This document shows positions 26,815-34,769 of a stretch of DNA of 46,932 nt, piece after piece. Position 1 is the first letter of the stretch. Every line of letters starts with the position of its first letter. Under the pieces are notes generated by a model. The model had not been told where the DNA came from, did not search any database, and was given only the letters and a program-made list of their open reading frames with translations. The stretch comes from Candidatus Aenigmatarchaeota archaeon (lineage in GTDB: Archaea; Aenigmatarchaeota; Aenigmatarchaeia; CG10238-14; SCSR01): NCBI GenBank assembly GCA_044343505.1, contig JAWCDI010000001.1:1-46932 (forward strand), in the 5' to 3' direction. Made by a program: the position numbers and the translations under genes.

Positions 26815-27429
26815 TCACCTTTCAATCTCTATTTCTAGAACACCATTTTTAAATTTTTTGTTTGTAATTGAAGCATTTTTTTGTATTGGAATAAGAGTGA
26901 AATATGCTTTATCTTTACCAAAAGCTCTAACTTCCAAACTTTGTTCAAGTTTCTTTATGTTTATATCTTCTTCACTTTTAACGTCTGGCAATTTAATGGA
27001 TATTATTTGTTTGTTTCCAACAGTTTTTACCTCAGTTTCGGCCTCTTCAGTAATCCTTTGAACTTTTTTTGTTTCCTCTTCTTCAACTTCTTCGACAGTA
27101 GGTTTTAAACCGAATTTTCTCTTTAACTCAGGCTCGAGTTTCTTGTATTCACCAGAAGTCTTGATTTCGACTTTTGGTTCCATCCCACTACCACTCCTTA
27201 TCACTATGCTTATACCACCAGACCTCACAGGCTTCATCTTCAAACTCGACAAACTCAGCGGCTTGAATATTTTGTCCATCTTCTCGAATTCCTTTTCCAC
27301 TTCTTCCAACAAACTTCCGAAAGGTGTGAATAATTCCCTTTCTCTTAATTCTTCACCACAAAAAGGGCAAAACTCCCATTCTCCTTTAACTTTTTTTCCA
27401 CAACTAGGACATTTTTTCTTATCAAACAT
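26815..27429 (-). CDS. Zinc-ribbon protein with a C-terminal Hsp20/alpha-crystallin-like (ACD/CS-fold) domain
   Basis: The N-terminus has CPSCG...CPFCG. The C-terminus (KQIISIKLPDVKSEEDINIKKLEQSLEVRAFGKDKAYFTLIPIQKNASITNKKFKNGVLEIEIER) follows the ACD pattern (lPGv.kedi.i....L.I.a...LP....a.f.nGvL.I). ATG 27429 is preferred over TTG 27459. Confidence 0.7.
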   Translation of the reverse strand: MFDKKKCPSCGKKVKGEWEFCPFCGEELRERELFTPFGSLLEEVEKEFEKMDKIFKPLSLSSLKMKPVRSGGISIVIRSGSGMEPKVEIKTSGEYKKLEPELKRKFGLKPTVEEVEEEETKKVQRITEEAETEVKTVGNKQIISIKLPDVKSEEDINIKKLEQSLEVRAFGKDKAYFTLIPIQKNASITNKKFKNGVLEIEIER

Positions 27430-27445
27430 CAAACCAACTCTGAAT

Positions 27446-28195
27446 TCATTCTTCTTCAACTCTAGGAGCCAAAACGAAATCGAGATTCAACTTATCTTCA
27501 ACTTTAAAGCTTAATTTTATGGGATAGTCTTGAGACCATTCAAGTTTAACTCTATCACAAAGCTTCGCAGCTTTCAACATTTTTTCCAAGTAATCAAGGG
27601 GATATCTTGCCTTTACACTACCACTTACCTTTAAATCAAGTAAAGAAGCATTCCCTTTTTCCAATTCAAGCTGGGTTGAGCTTATGTCTCCTTCAGCCCT
27701 CATAACGAATCTAGAAGGTGAAGCTTCGAAAACAACAGAATCGGCAACAACACCGGCATCTTCTATACCAGATTCGAGCACGTCTGAGCTAACTTCAGCT
27801 CTTGTCGTGAATTCCAATTGATCTATTCTTGGTACTTCTTCTTGACTTATCTCAAGCAAAGGTAAAACGAACCTTCTTTTGCTAGAATTCTCCAATATTA
27901 TTTCCAACTTAGAATCTTGTAAAACAAAAGTTGCTCTATCCTTTGAACTAGCCCTCTTCAATACGGATAAAAAGTTTGAGATGTCAAGTCCGATTGATTG
28001 TTCTTCATCAACTTCATACTTCTCAAAAGCTGAAGATGATATCTTGAAGTCTACTGCAGCAACCATTGCTCTATCCGAAGCCAACAAGCTTATACCATCT
28101 TTGGATATCTTGAAAACACCTTCATCTATCAATTCAGCTATGGTTGATATCGCTGTGGTGAGAAGGTTCACATCTTTAATAGTTGCTTTAAACAT
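27446..28195 (-). CDS. pcn: DNA polymerase sliding clamp PCNA
   Basis: 249 aa. MFKATIKDVNLLTTAISTIAELIDEGVFKISKDGISLLASDRAMVA is a typical archaeal PCNA N-terminus, and the protein has two-domain length. Confidence 0.9.
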   Translation of the reverse strand: MFKATIKDVNLLTTAISTIAELIDEGVFKISKDGISLLASDRAMVAAVDFKISSSAFEKYEVDEEQSIGLDISNFLSVLKRASSKDRATFVLQDSKLEIILENSSKRRFVLPLLEISQEEVPRIDQLEFTTRAEVSSDVLESGIEDAGVVADSVVFEASPSRFVMRAEGDISSTQLELEKGNASLLDLKVSGSVKARYPLDYLEKMLKAAKLCDRVKLEWSQDYPIKLSFKVEDKLNLDFVLAPRVEEE

Positions 28196-28484
28196 ACAAA
28201 CCCTCCTTCTTATATAATTCTTCTACCTTCTTAAATAAATTTAAATCAAATCCTTTTAAATTTTGCACAAATTCACATTTAAGCGTGCCGTTCAATTGAG
28301 AACAAAAAACTCTCACCAAATCATCTTTTTTCACACCTTCGTTTGAAAAAATTTCTATCCTTCCTGTTTCATCTTCTAACAAAAAAGAATTTTCAAAAAC
28401 TTCCACTACCTTTCCTATCAGAGCTATTCTTGAATCTGTTTTCGATATCGAAGAAATTTTTCTAGGTTGGTAATGTTCTGTCAC
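28188..28484 (-). CDS. Single OB-fold protein, RPA3/RPA14-like
   Basis: RIALIGKVVEVFENSFLLEDETGRIEIFS...DLVRVFCS matches the OB pattern, and the C-terminal FDLNLFKKVEELYKK helix resembles the RPA3 C-terminus. GTG start. The stop overlaps the PCNA start by 8 nt. Confidence 0.55.
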   Translation of the reverse strand: MTEHYQPRKISSISKTDSRIALIGKVVEVFENSFLLEDETGRIEIFSNEGVKKDDLVRVFCSQLNGTLKCEFVQNLKGFDLNLFKKVEELYKKEGLYV

Positions 28485-28523
28485 GTCTTTAAATTAAAAG
28501 AATGATAGATAAATATTTTATCT

Positions 28524-28844
28524 TCATCCGTAAGAACGCCAACTGTAGCCACATTTCTTGCATTTGTAAAACATCGTTGGTGGCTCATCCGCAGCTCTAG
28601 TTTGTTGCATCCACCAGTATGCTTCCATATTCTCACACTTTGGGCACATTATCTTCGTGGTCGGTAATTCACTGACAACATCATCTTTGCCCATGACTAT
28701 CACTTCTCTTTTCTTTTCCACAATTTTTCCGACTATCTCGACTTTTTCCTTAGATTTTACTCTTGTGCTACACTTTCTGCACACTAAGTAACCTTTTTTC
28801 TTTTTGTCTGCTACCATCAAATTTCCACACTTTGGGCAAAACAT
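28524..28844 (-). CDS. tfs: Transcription factor S (TFS / RpoM-like)
   Basis: It has an N-terminal CPKCG...CRKC ribbon. The C-terminal ribbon is CPKCEN...WWMQQTRAADEPPTMFYKCKKCGYSWRSY, and QTRSADEP is the TFIIS acidic hairpin motif. The ATG overlaps the upstream stop (TGATG). Confidence 0.9.
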   Translation of the reverse strand: MFCPKCGNLMVADKKKKGYLVCRKCSTRVKSKEKVEIVGKIVEKKREVIVMGKDDVVSELPTTKIMCPKCENMEAYWWMQQTRAADEPPTMFYKCKKCGYSWRSYG

Positions 28845-29509
28845 CAAATTCCTCCGAATATCCAGTGAAATATAACTTTAAAATATCCTAATTTTGGAAT
28901 AATAAAGATTACCTTTCCTTTTATTTGTTCTTTTTTAACGGAATACTCAAAAGGAAGTAGAGCCGGATTATGATCACCTTTTGTCATGTAAGTTCCATCA
29001 TCGTTTATCTTTATTATCCTATGGATCACAGGAATGTTTTGTCCTGGAACTTCATAAACTACAACATCCCCGACTTCATACTTTTCACTACCTTGAACGA
29101 TAGGCAAATCACCCACATCGAACCCATTTTTTATAGGCCAAGAATCTACGAAACTTCTGTTGTATCCTAAGTTTTCTTCCAACCACTTGTAATGGTTGAT
29201 TTCAGTGAATTCGTCGTGGCGCATGGAAGAAGAGAGAACTGAAACTGCTGGATATTCTGTAGCGAGAGCTAAACTCAGTAAAGCTTTTGTGAAAAGGGCT
29301 GCAAAAGCACCACCTATTATGTAAGGTAACACGGATTCTTGCTTGAAAAGGTAGAGGAGGAGGATCCCAACGATTATTAAAACATAAGCTGTAATACTGG
29401 TAACGGAAAAAAACTGTAGCAAGAGGAGCGATAGAGCTATGTATATGAAAATCCCGTATTTTTTCTCAATTCTTTTCCATTTTCTCTTAAGCTCTTCCAC
29501 TACTCTCAC
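28844..29509 (-). CDS. Signal peptidase I (archaeal/ER Sec11 type)
   Basis: N-terminal TM segments are followed by VLSSSMRH (Ser nucleophile box), GDVVVY and TKGDHN (His box). GTG start. Confidence 0.8.
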   Translation of the reverse strand: MRVVEELKRKWKRIEKKYGIFIYIALSLLLLQFFSVTSITAYVLIIVGILLLYLFKQESVLPYIIGGAFAALFTKALLSLALATEYPAVSVLSSSMRHDEFTEINHYKWLEENLGYNRSFVDSWPIKNGFDVGDLPIVQGSEKYEVGDVVVYEVPGQNIPVIHRIIKINDDGTYMTKGDHNPALLPFEYSVKKEQIKGKVIFIIPKLGYFKVIFHWIFGGI

Positions 29510-30068
29510 CTTTCACTATACCTGTAGCTATTATATGTGCTATCCTGAGAGGTTCGGGTATGTAGCTTCTCGTACAACTAAGCTTTATCACCTCTCTCGC
29601 AACACCATCTTCAATTCCAACATTCTGATAATAGATTTTCTTAAAGTCTTTTACGAAACACTCTTTTATGGGACCTGCATTTTTTACAGCTTCCCATCTT
29701 TTATCAAAATCTTCGAATCTCTTCAACGCATTTTTCACCTTGGCTATATCTGGAATTTTCCTGTTTATAACTATCACTGGAAGTTTACTCTTTTCAAAAA
29801 TTTCTTTTATGTCAATCATGTTGAATCCAGCCATCGTTATACCATCGAACATCACGATTTTCAACTGTTGTTTATGACGTGAAGAATTTATGAGTTGAAT
29901 TATTTTTTCTGTAGCATCGTTTCCATCAACTTTAACTTCAGTTTTGAGTAAGCCGTCTAAGAACTTTCCACCACGAAATATTACACCTATCACCGGTACC
30001 AATTCCGTACTTCTGGGCGTAAAAGCACCATCATCGAAGCCCAATATCCTTATTTCAGGTTTTAGCAT
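29487..30068 (-). CDS. DUF99 / UPF0215 family protein (endonuclease-V-like fold)
   Basis: MLKPEIRILGFDDGAF... is the characteristic DUF99 N-terminus. ATG 30068 is preferred over TTG 30077. Confidence 0.8.
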   Translation of the reverse strand: MLKPEIRILGFDDGAFTPRSTELVPVIGVIFRGGKFLDGLLKTEVKVDGNDATEKIIQLINSSRHKQQLKIVMFDGITMAGFNMIDIKEIFEKSKLPVIVINRKIPDIAKVKNALKRFEDFDKRWEAVKNAGPIKECFVKDFKKIYYQNVGIEDGVAREVIKLSCTRSYIPEPLRIAHIIATGIVKGESSGRA

Positions 30069-30102
30069 ATCGTTCAAGTAAGAAAGTAGGTGTTCAATGT
30101 AT

Positions 30103-30429
30103 TTATACTTTTATTCCTCTTGTAGATTTCTCTTTGATCCTTTTCAAGTTTTTACCTATTCTCTTGCTTAATCTCTCGAATAACAAATCAAGAGTCGTCG
30201 GTATATCCCAACCACTCGCATTTGCAAAGAAAATTTTATCGCTCGCAAATACTTTTGCATGCATCGAATACTTTTTCCTTCCAGCAGGACTGTGGACATC
30301 AACATCTAACTTGAATCTTGTTATTTTCCACCTTTTTCCGAATTTCTCTAAAAATTTTTTCACTTCTTCTTCAATCTCCAACTTTTCAGGTACTTCAGCA
30401 TGTGAAATTTCAACTTGGATCCCAACCAT
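30103..30429 (-). CDS. Small protein resembling ribosome hibernation factor HPF/RaiA (S30AE fold), tentative
   Basis: 108 aa. The pattern IQVEISHAEVPEKLEIEEEVKKFLEKFGKRW-KITRFKLDVDV...YSMHAKVFASDKIFFANASGWDIPTTLDLLFERLSKRIGKNLKRIKEK follows the beta-alpha-beta-beta-beta-alpha layout and spacing of YfiA/HPF (i.i.g..e.t..l...v..kl.kl.....v.l....f.v.i.v..g..l.a....d.y.aid...dkl.rql.k.k.k). Confidence 0.45.
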   Translation of the reverse strand: MVGIQVEISHAEVPEKLEIEEEVKKFLEKFGKRWKITRFKLDVDVHSPAGRKKYSMHAKVFASDKIFFANASGWDIPTTLDLLFERLSKRIGKNLKRIKEKSTRGIKV

Positions 30430-30503
30430 AAAAAAATTTAAATAAAACTTGCTTAAAAAGTTGAAGCTTAAATTTTTATAGAAATAAAACTAAAAGAGAT
30501 TTC

Positions 30504-30674
30504 ATGGTGAAGAAAGTATTCCCAGAAGCCATGAGTAGACTTTTTTCCAGAGTTTTTGTTTGCAGGGTTTGTAAAGCTAAGATAAGGGCAGATCCTGCTA
30601 AAGTTAGGGAAGGTAAAGTTAAATGTAGGAGATGTGGTTCTAAAGCTTTGAGACCGAAGAGAAGGCCTTTGTGA
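30504..30674 (+). CDS. rpl40e: Ribosomal protein eL40 (L40e)
   Basis: It is absent from the ORF track (56 aa). MVKKVFPEAMSRLFSRVFVCRVCKAKIRADPAKVREGKVKCRRCGSKALRPKRRPL has the L40e CxxC...CxxC zinc ribbon followed by LRPK. A TATA-like TTTTTATAGA lies about 25-35 nt upstream. Confidence 0.85.
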   Translation: MVKKVFPEAMSRLFSRVFVCRVCKAKIRADPAKVREGKVKCRRCGSKALRPKRRPL

Positions 30675-30678
30675 TGTT

Positions 30679-30918
30679 ATGGAAATAAGGTACATAACCA
30701 CAAGGGATCTCAAGAATTCTTCCGGTGAAGTTAAAGGTAGGATAAGGGTCATAGTTTTGAAAGGTGAAAATGAAGCTGAAATAGATTTAACTTGTCCAGA
30801 ATGTGGTTATATTCAGAAGAAAAAACAAGAATTCAAGATGCCTTTGAATGTCGAGTGTGAAAAATGTAAATTCAAGATAAAATTGGAAAGTTTGAGGAAA
30901 GAGATAAAGAAGAAATAA
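30679..30918 (+). CDS. Small zinc-ribbon protein (hypothetical)
   Basis: 79 aa with CPECG...CEKCK. The start lies 4 nt after the eL40 stop. Confidence 0.6.
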   Translation: MEIRYITTRDLKNSSGEVKGRIRVIVLKGENEAEIDLTCPECGYIQKKKQEFKMPLNVECEKCKFKIKLESLRKEIKKK

Positions 30919-30961
30919 AAATTTATTTTTAGAATTATTTGTTGAGAAGCTTTAGCTTCTC

Positions 30962-32284
30962 ATGATCGATATGACGGAATTTCAAAGAGTTTGGAATTGG
31001 TATTCTAGGGAAAGTGTTTTAAAAGCTATATTAGAAGTTGCGAAGAATAGGGAAGTTGTAGCAGTTTACAAAGATGGTATTTTCGGTAGAAGGCCGGATA
31101 TGCTTCAATACATTCAAGATATCCTACAATCTGTGGCCAAAGGTGCTATAGCTTTTCACGGATCGTTGGAGAGATGGCAACAACCGATGAAGCTGGATGT
31201 AGGTTTGAATAGAAGTCAGCTGGATGCTGTTAGGATTGGTTGGGATGTTTTGTTCGATGTAGATGTAGATGATTTTGAGATTGCGAAAATAGCTGTTAAA
31301 CAAATCATAGAAGCTTTGAAAGATCATGGTGTTGTTAGTTATAGCGTGAAATTTACTGGTGGTTCTTCTTTCCATATTGGAATACCCTTCGAGTCTTTAC
31401 CAGAAAAGATAAACGCCCAACCAACTTCAGTTCAGTACCCAGAACTACTTCACAAGATAATAGAGTATGTGAAGTGGTACATCAAAGATAACGTGAAAGA
31501 GGAAATTTCTCGTTTGTTCAAACCAGAAGAAATAGCTAGTAAAGTGGGTAAGGGTGTTAAGGAAATAACTGAAAACAACGAAATAGATCCTTTCAAAGTT
31601 ATAACGATAGATGTTTTTGGTTCAAGACATCTCTTCAGACTTCCTTACAGCTTACATGAAAAAACTTTGAACGTAAGCTTACCGATAAAACCTGAAAGGG
31701 TGGATAAATTCGATATTCAAGAAGCTTTACCAGAAAAAGCTAAAGTGGAAGAGAAATTTCTGGTCCCGAAGAGTGTTTTACATGATGCTGAAGCTCTAGT
31801 GATAGAAGCACTGGATTGGAGTGCAAAGCATTTAGTTGAAAAAGAGGAGGAAATACCGAAAATAGTTATTAAGAAGAGGAGAGTTAAAGTTGTTCCTGAA
31901 GAATTCTTCCCACCTTGTGTGAAAAAAATACTTCATGGTTTAAGCGATGGGAGGAAAAGGAGCTTGTTCATTTTGATTAATTTCTTGAGGAACATGGGTT
32001 GGACTCTGGATAAGATAGAGAGTAAAGTGATGGAGTGGAACTCAAAGAACGTATTACCTTTAAGGAATACTTACGTGAGAACTCAGCTGAGATGGCACTT
32101 CAGACAAGAGAGAAATTTACTCCCACCAAATTGTGATAACGAGAATTTTTACAGAGATATTGGGTTATGTGAACCAGATGAAATTTGTACGGATGGAGAT
32201 AAAATAGTCGTGAAAAATCCTGTTAATTATCCTTTGAAGAAACTTAAGGCAAAGAAGAGGAAAAAGAAGAGGAAGAAAGTTTAA
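30962..32284 (+). CDS. Archaeo-eukaryotic DNA primase: PriS catalytic domain fused to a PriL C-terminal (Fe-S) domain
   Basis: AEP motifs are present: LFDVDVDD (DxD), KFTGGSSFHIGIP (sGxGxH) and LFRLPYSLHEKT. From about nt 31900 it reads FFPPCVKKILHGLSDGRKRSLFILINFLRNMGW (PriL-CTD PPC... motif), plus three more Cys (PPNCDN, GLCEPDEIC) that could ligate a 4Fe-4S cluster. The tail is basic. Confidence 0.85.
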   Translation: MIDMTEFQRVWNWYSRESVLKAILEVAKNREVVAVYKDGIFGRRPDMLQYIQDILQSVAKGAIAFHGSLERWQQPMKLDVGLNRSQLDAVRIGWDVLFDVDVDDFEIAKIAVKQIIEALKDHGVVSYSVKFTGGSSFHIGIPFESLPEKINAQPTSVQYPELLHKIIEYVKWYIKDNVKEEISRLFKPEEIASKVGKGVKEITENNEIDPFKVITIDVFGSRHLFRLPYSLHEKTLNVSLPIKPERVDKFDIQEALPEKAKVEEKFLVPKSVLHDAEALVIEALDWSAKHLVEKEEEIPKIVIKKRRVKVVPEEFFPPCVKKILHGLSDGRKRSLFILINFLRNMGWTLDKIESKVMEWNSKNVLPLRNTYVRTQLRWHFRQERNLLPPNCDNENFYRDIGLCEPDEICTDGDKIVVKNPVNYPLKKLKAKKRKKKRKKV

Positions 32285-32320
32285 AGTTTATATATTCTTG
32301 CATAATTTTAAAATGGGAGT

Positions 32321-32863
32321 ATGGTAGAAGAAACTATAACTTTTGAGCTGATAAGGAAAATTCAAAGAGAAGAAGAGAGTTCACCAAAACTTTCTAAACT
32401 TCCGGAAAATTTTTATCAAAACGTCAAGAATTATTTGCAACAGAAGAGGAAGATTCTCGAGAAAATGGATGATAAGAAGATTTCGGTCGAAGTGAAGAAT
32501 ATAGAGAGGTTGGTTGAAGATATATTCAACAGAAGGGAGAGGAAAATAGTAACACAAGCAATAAATTGTGCTAGGGTTAACTTGAGTGTTGAAAATTTAA
32601 CGAAAGAAGAAGAAGAATTTTTCGAGAAAGTAAAAATTTTGATAAAAGAGAGGAGGGAAAAAATATTGAGAGATTTGTTGGAAAAAACCGAGGAGAAAAA
32701 AATCCTCTTGATTATTTTCAAAGAACCTGTTCCCGAGTTCGTAGGCGTGGACATGAACACCTATGGTCCTTTCGGAAAGGGTGATATAGCGAAGATACCA
32801 GAAGAAAACGCAAGGATTTTGATAGAAAAGGGGTTGGCCGAAGAGTTCAAGGTTAGTGTTTGA
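32321..32863 (+). CDS. GINS subunit (Gins51/Gins15-like)
   Basis: The N-terminal A domain reads ITFELIRKIQREEESSPKLSKLPENFYQNVKNYL, and the C-terminal B domain reads GPFGKGDIAKIPEENARILIEKGLAEE. It lies next to the primase, as in many archaea. Confidence 0.7.
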   Translation: MVEETITFELIRKIQREEESSPKLSKLPENFYQNVKNYLQQKRKILEKMDDKKISVEVKNIERLVEDIFNRRERKIVTQAINCARVNLSVENLTKEEEEFFEKVKILIKERREKILRDLLEKTEEKKILLIIFKEPVPEFVGVDMNTYGPFGKGDIAKIPEENARILIEKGLAEEFKVSV

Positions 32864-32899
32864 AAAAAGTTTAAATTGATAGAAGGAGTTAAAAATTTT

Positions 32900-33184
32900 A
32901 TGAAATTTCCTAAAGTTGTTAGGACTTATTGTCCCTACTGTAAGAAACATACAGAGCATGAAGTGGAAATAGCGAAGAGGAGACCAAGAGGTAGCATGAG
33001 TCATGGTCAAAGGATTTTCAAGAGGAAGATGAAAGGTTATGGTAGCTTTCCAAAAGAAAATCCAAAAGGTAGGGAAAAATTGACCAAAAAAGTTGATTTG
33101 AGGTTTAAGTGTAAAGTTTGTGGTAAGATGCATACCAGGGGAGAAGGATGGAGAACTAAAAAACTTGAGCTGGTGAAGAAATGA
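32900..33184 (+). CDS. rpl44e: Ribosomal protein eL42 (L44e)
   Basis: [22 protein letters not shown]...KCKVCGK. GAAGGAG lies 12 nt upstream of ATG 32900. The track ORF start at 32876 is rejected. Confidence 0.9.
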   Translation: MKFPKVVRTYCPYCKKHTEHEVEIAKRRPRGSMSHGQRIFKRKMKGYGSFPKENPKGREKLTKKVDLRFKCKVCGKMHTRGEGWRTKKLELVKK

Positions 33185-33375
33185 GCTCGAAGGACTTGGT
33201 AGTTTTACCAAAAAGCAAGTTCTTGAGAGTTCTCTGTCTGAAATGTAAGAATGAGCAAGTGATATTCAACAAGGCTTCTACAGTTGTAAAATGCTTAAGA
33301 TGTGGAGAAATATTAGCAGAACCAACTGGAGGAGAAGCAAGGATTAAAGGGAAAGTTCTGGAAAGGTTTGGTTGA
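33181..33375 (+). CDS. rps27e: Ribosomal protein eS27 (S27e)
   Basis: [40 protein letters not shown]. There is an ATGA overlap with the eL42 stop. Confidence 0.9.
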   Translation: MSSKDLVVLPKSKFLRVLCLKCKNEQVIFNKASTVVKCLRCGEILAEPTGGEARIKGKVLERFG

Positions 33376-33376
33376 T

Positions 33377-34261
33377 ATGGAAAAAATAAAGGAAAACATG
33401 ATTCTCATCTTTCTAACCGCTTTTCTCCTATTCTTTTTCTTGTTTTTTGTAAAAGGCTTTAAAATTCTTCAACTTCCAGCTCAGCTTGAAATTTTGATAA
33501 ATTTGATCATTTTCTTTTCCCTATCTTTTATGTTCTTCAGAAGCTTAGGCAACTACGTTCAAAAATTGGATATACCAAGAGCGAGGCAAATTGGTAATCA
33601 AGTGAAGATAGTGGGTTATTTAATTACGGTTCTCCTTTCCTTGACTTTCTTCAAGGAATTTTCTTCAGCACTTTTAGCCATAGGAACTGTAAGTGGTTTA
33701 GTTTTAGGCTTAACACTTCAACCAGTGCTGGGAAACTTCTTCGCAGGTGTTTTGATAATGTTCACAAGATACATAGAAGTTGGAAAAAATATAAGGATTT
33801 TGAGCACATCTATACCCTACACGATTCTTTCTTTCCCTGCACATAAGTTCTTCTCTGTTGAAAGCTCAGACGTGGGATACAAAGGAGAAATAATAGAGAT
33901 AGATTGGTTTTTTTCCGTTTTGAAAACTGAAGAAGGTAAAATATTGAAAGTACCAAATTTAATGTTGTTGAATTCTGCAATTCTTGATACATCTGATCAT
34001 GAAAATTTTGTCTATTCACTAAGGGTTGAGTTTCCATTGAAGATGAAGAAAGGTTGGAATATAGATAAGTTGGAGAAAAAAATAAAAGATATCTTGAAAG
34101 GATACGATCTAGTTGAAGGTCCTTACTTCAATGAACAAAGTGATAAAGATTATGTTTACGTTAGGATGAGGATTAAATCCAAGAAAAAGAGTTGGGAAGA
34201 AGAGAAGTCTGAGGTTTTAAAAAAACTCTTGAAATTGAAGGGTTTGGTAGAGAAGGGATAG
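33377..34261 (+). CDS. Small-conductance mechanosensitive channel (MscS family)
   Basis: Three N-terminal TM helices, then GLTLQPVLGNFFAGVLIMFTRYIEVGKNI (pore helix plus the start of the beta domain). ATG 33377 is preferred over TTG 33368. Confidence 0.8.
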   Translation: MEKIKENMILIFLTAFLLFFFLFFVKGFKILQLPAQLEILINLIIFFSLSFMFFRSLGNYVQKLDIPRARQIGNQVKIVGYLITVLLSLTFFKEFSSALLAIGTVSGLVLGLTLQPVLGNFFAGVLIMFTRYIEVGKNIRILSTSIPYTILSFPAHKFFSVESSDVGYKGEIIEIDWFFSVLKTEEGKILKVPNLMLLNSAILDTSDHENFVYSLRVEFPLKMKKGWNIDKLEKKIKDILKGYDLVEGPYFNEQSDKDYVYVRMRIKSKKKSWEEEKSEVLKKLLKLKGLVEKG

Positions 34262-34330
34262 ACCGAAAAATTTTTATATAAGTTGTGTAAAAATATTTTT
34301 AGAGTTTAAATAATCTAAATAGGTGAAATT

Positions 34331-34753
34331 ATGATTTGGGACGAAACTTGGGAAGAATTCGAAAGATTGAAGAGAAGGATTGATTACTTGATGAGAAGGA
34401 TGCTACCAATGGAAGAAGAATTAGAAGCTTTCAGAAGTTTTCCTGTTGATTTAAGCGAGACCGATGAAGAACTGATAGTGAGGGCAGAACTGCCAGGTTT
34501 CGAGAAGAGTGATGTTTCGATAAAAGCTACAGAAAATACGTTGGAGATAGTTGCCCAAAAGAAAGAGAAAGAAGTGGAAAAGGGTGAAAGGTTCTTCAGA
34601 GTTGAGAGAAGGATGGGGGCTATGAGGAGATTCTTGACATTGCCTTTACAAGTGGATTACGAGAAAGCAAAAGCTGAAATGAAGAATGGTATATTAACTA
34701 TTAGATTACCGAAGAAAGTCAAGAAAGTTGGAAAAGAGATAGAGATAGAATAA
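34331..34753 (+). CDS. Small heat-shock protein (Hsp20/alpha-crystallin)
   Basis: [36 protein letters not shown]...[21 protein letters not shown] lies 5-10 nt upstream of the ATG, with TATA-like boxes upstream. Confidence 0.9.
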   Translation: MIWDETWEEFERLKRRIDYLMRRMLPMEEELEAFRSFPVDLSETDEELIVRAELPGFEKSDVSIKATENTLEIVAQKKEKEVEKGERFFRVERRMGAMRRFLTLPLQVDYEKAKAEMKNGILTIRLPKKVKKVGKEIEIE

Positions 34754-34769
34754 AAAGAGGGGCGATGAA

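Noticed and set aside
30468-30752. 94-aa minus-strand ORF
   Set aside because: It is antisense to a clear eL40 gene and to the start of the next plus-strand gene. Its composition is S/F/L/P-rich and low in complexity, which is typical of antisense to K/E-rich coding sequence.
32597-33211. 204-aa minus-strand ORF (the longest unassigned ORF in the track)
   Set aside because: It lies entirely antisense to GINS, eL42 and eS27. It is F/L/S-rich because the sense strand is purine-rich (AAR/GAR codons), which removes stops from the antisense frame.
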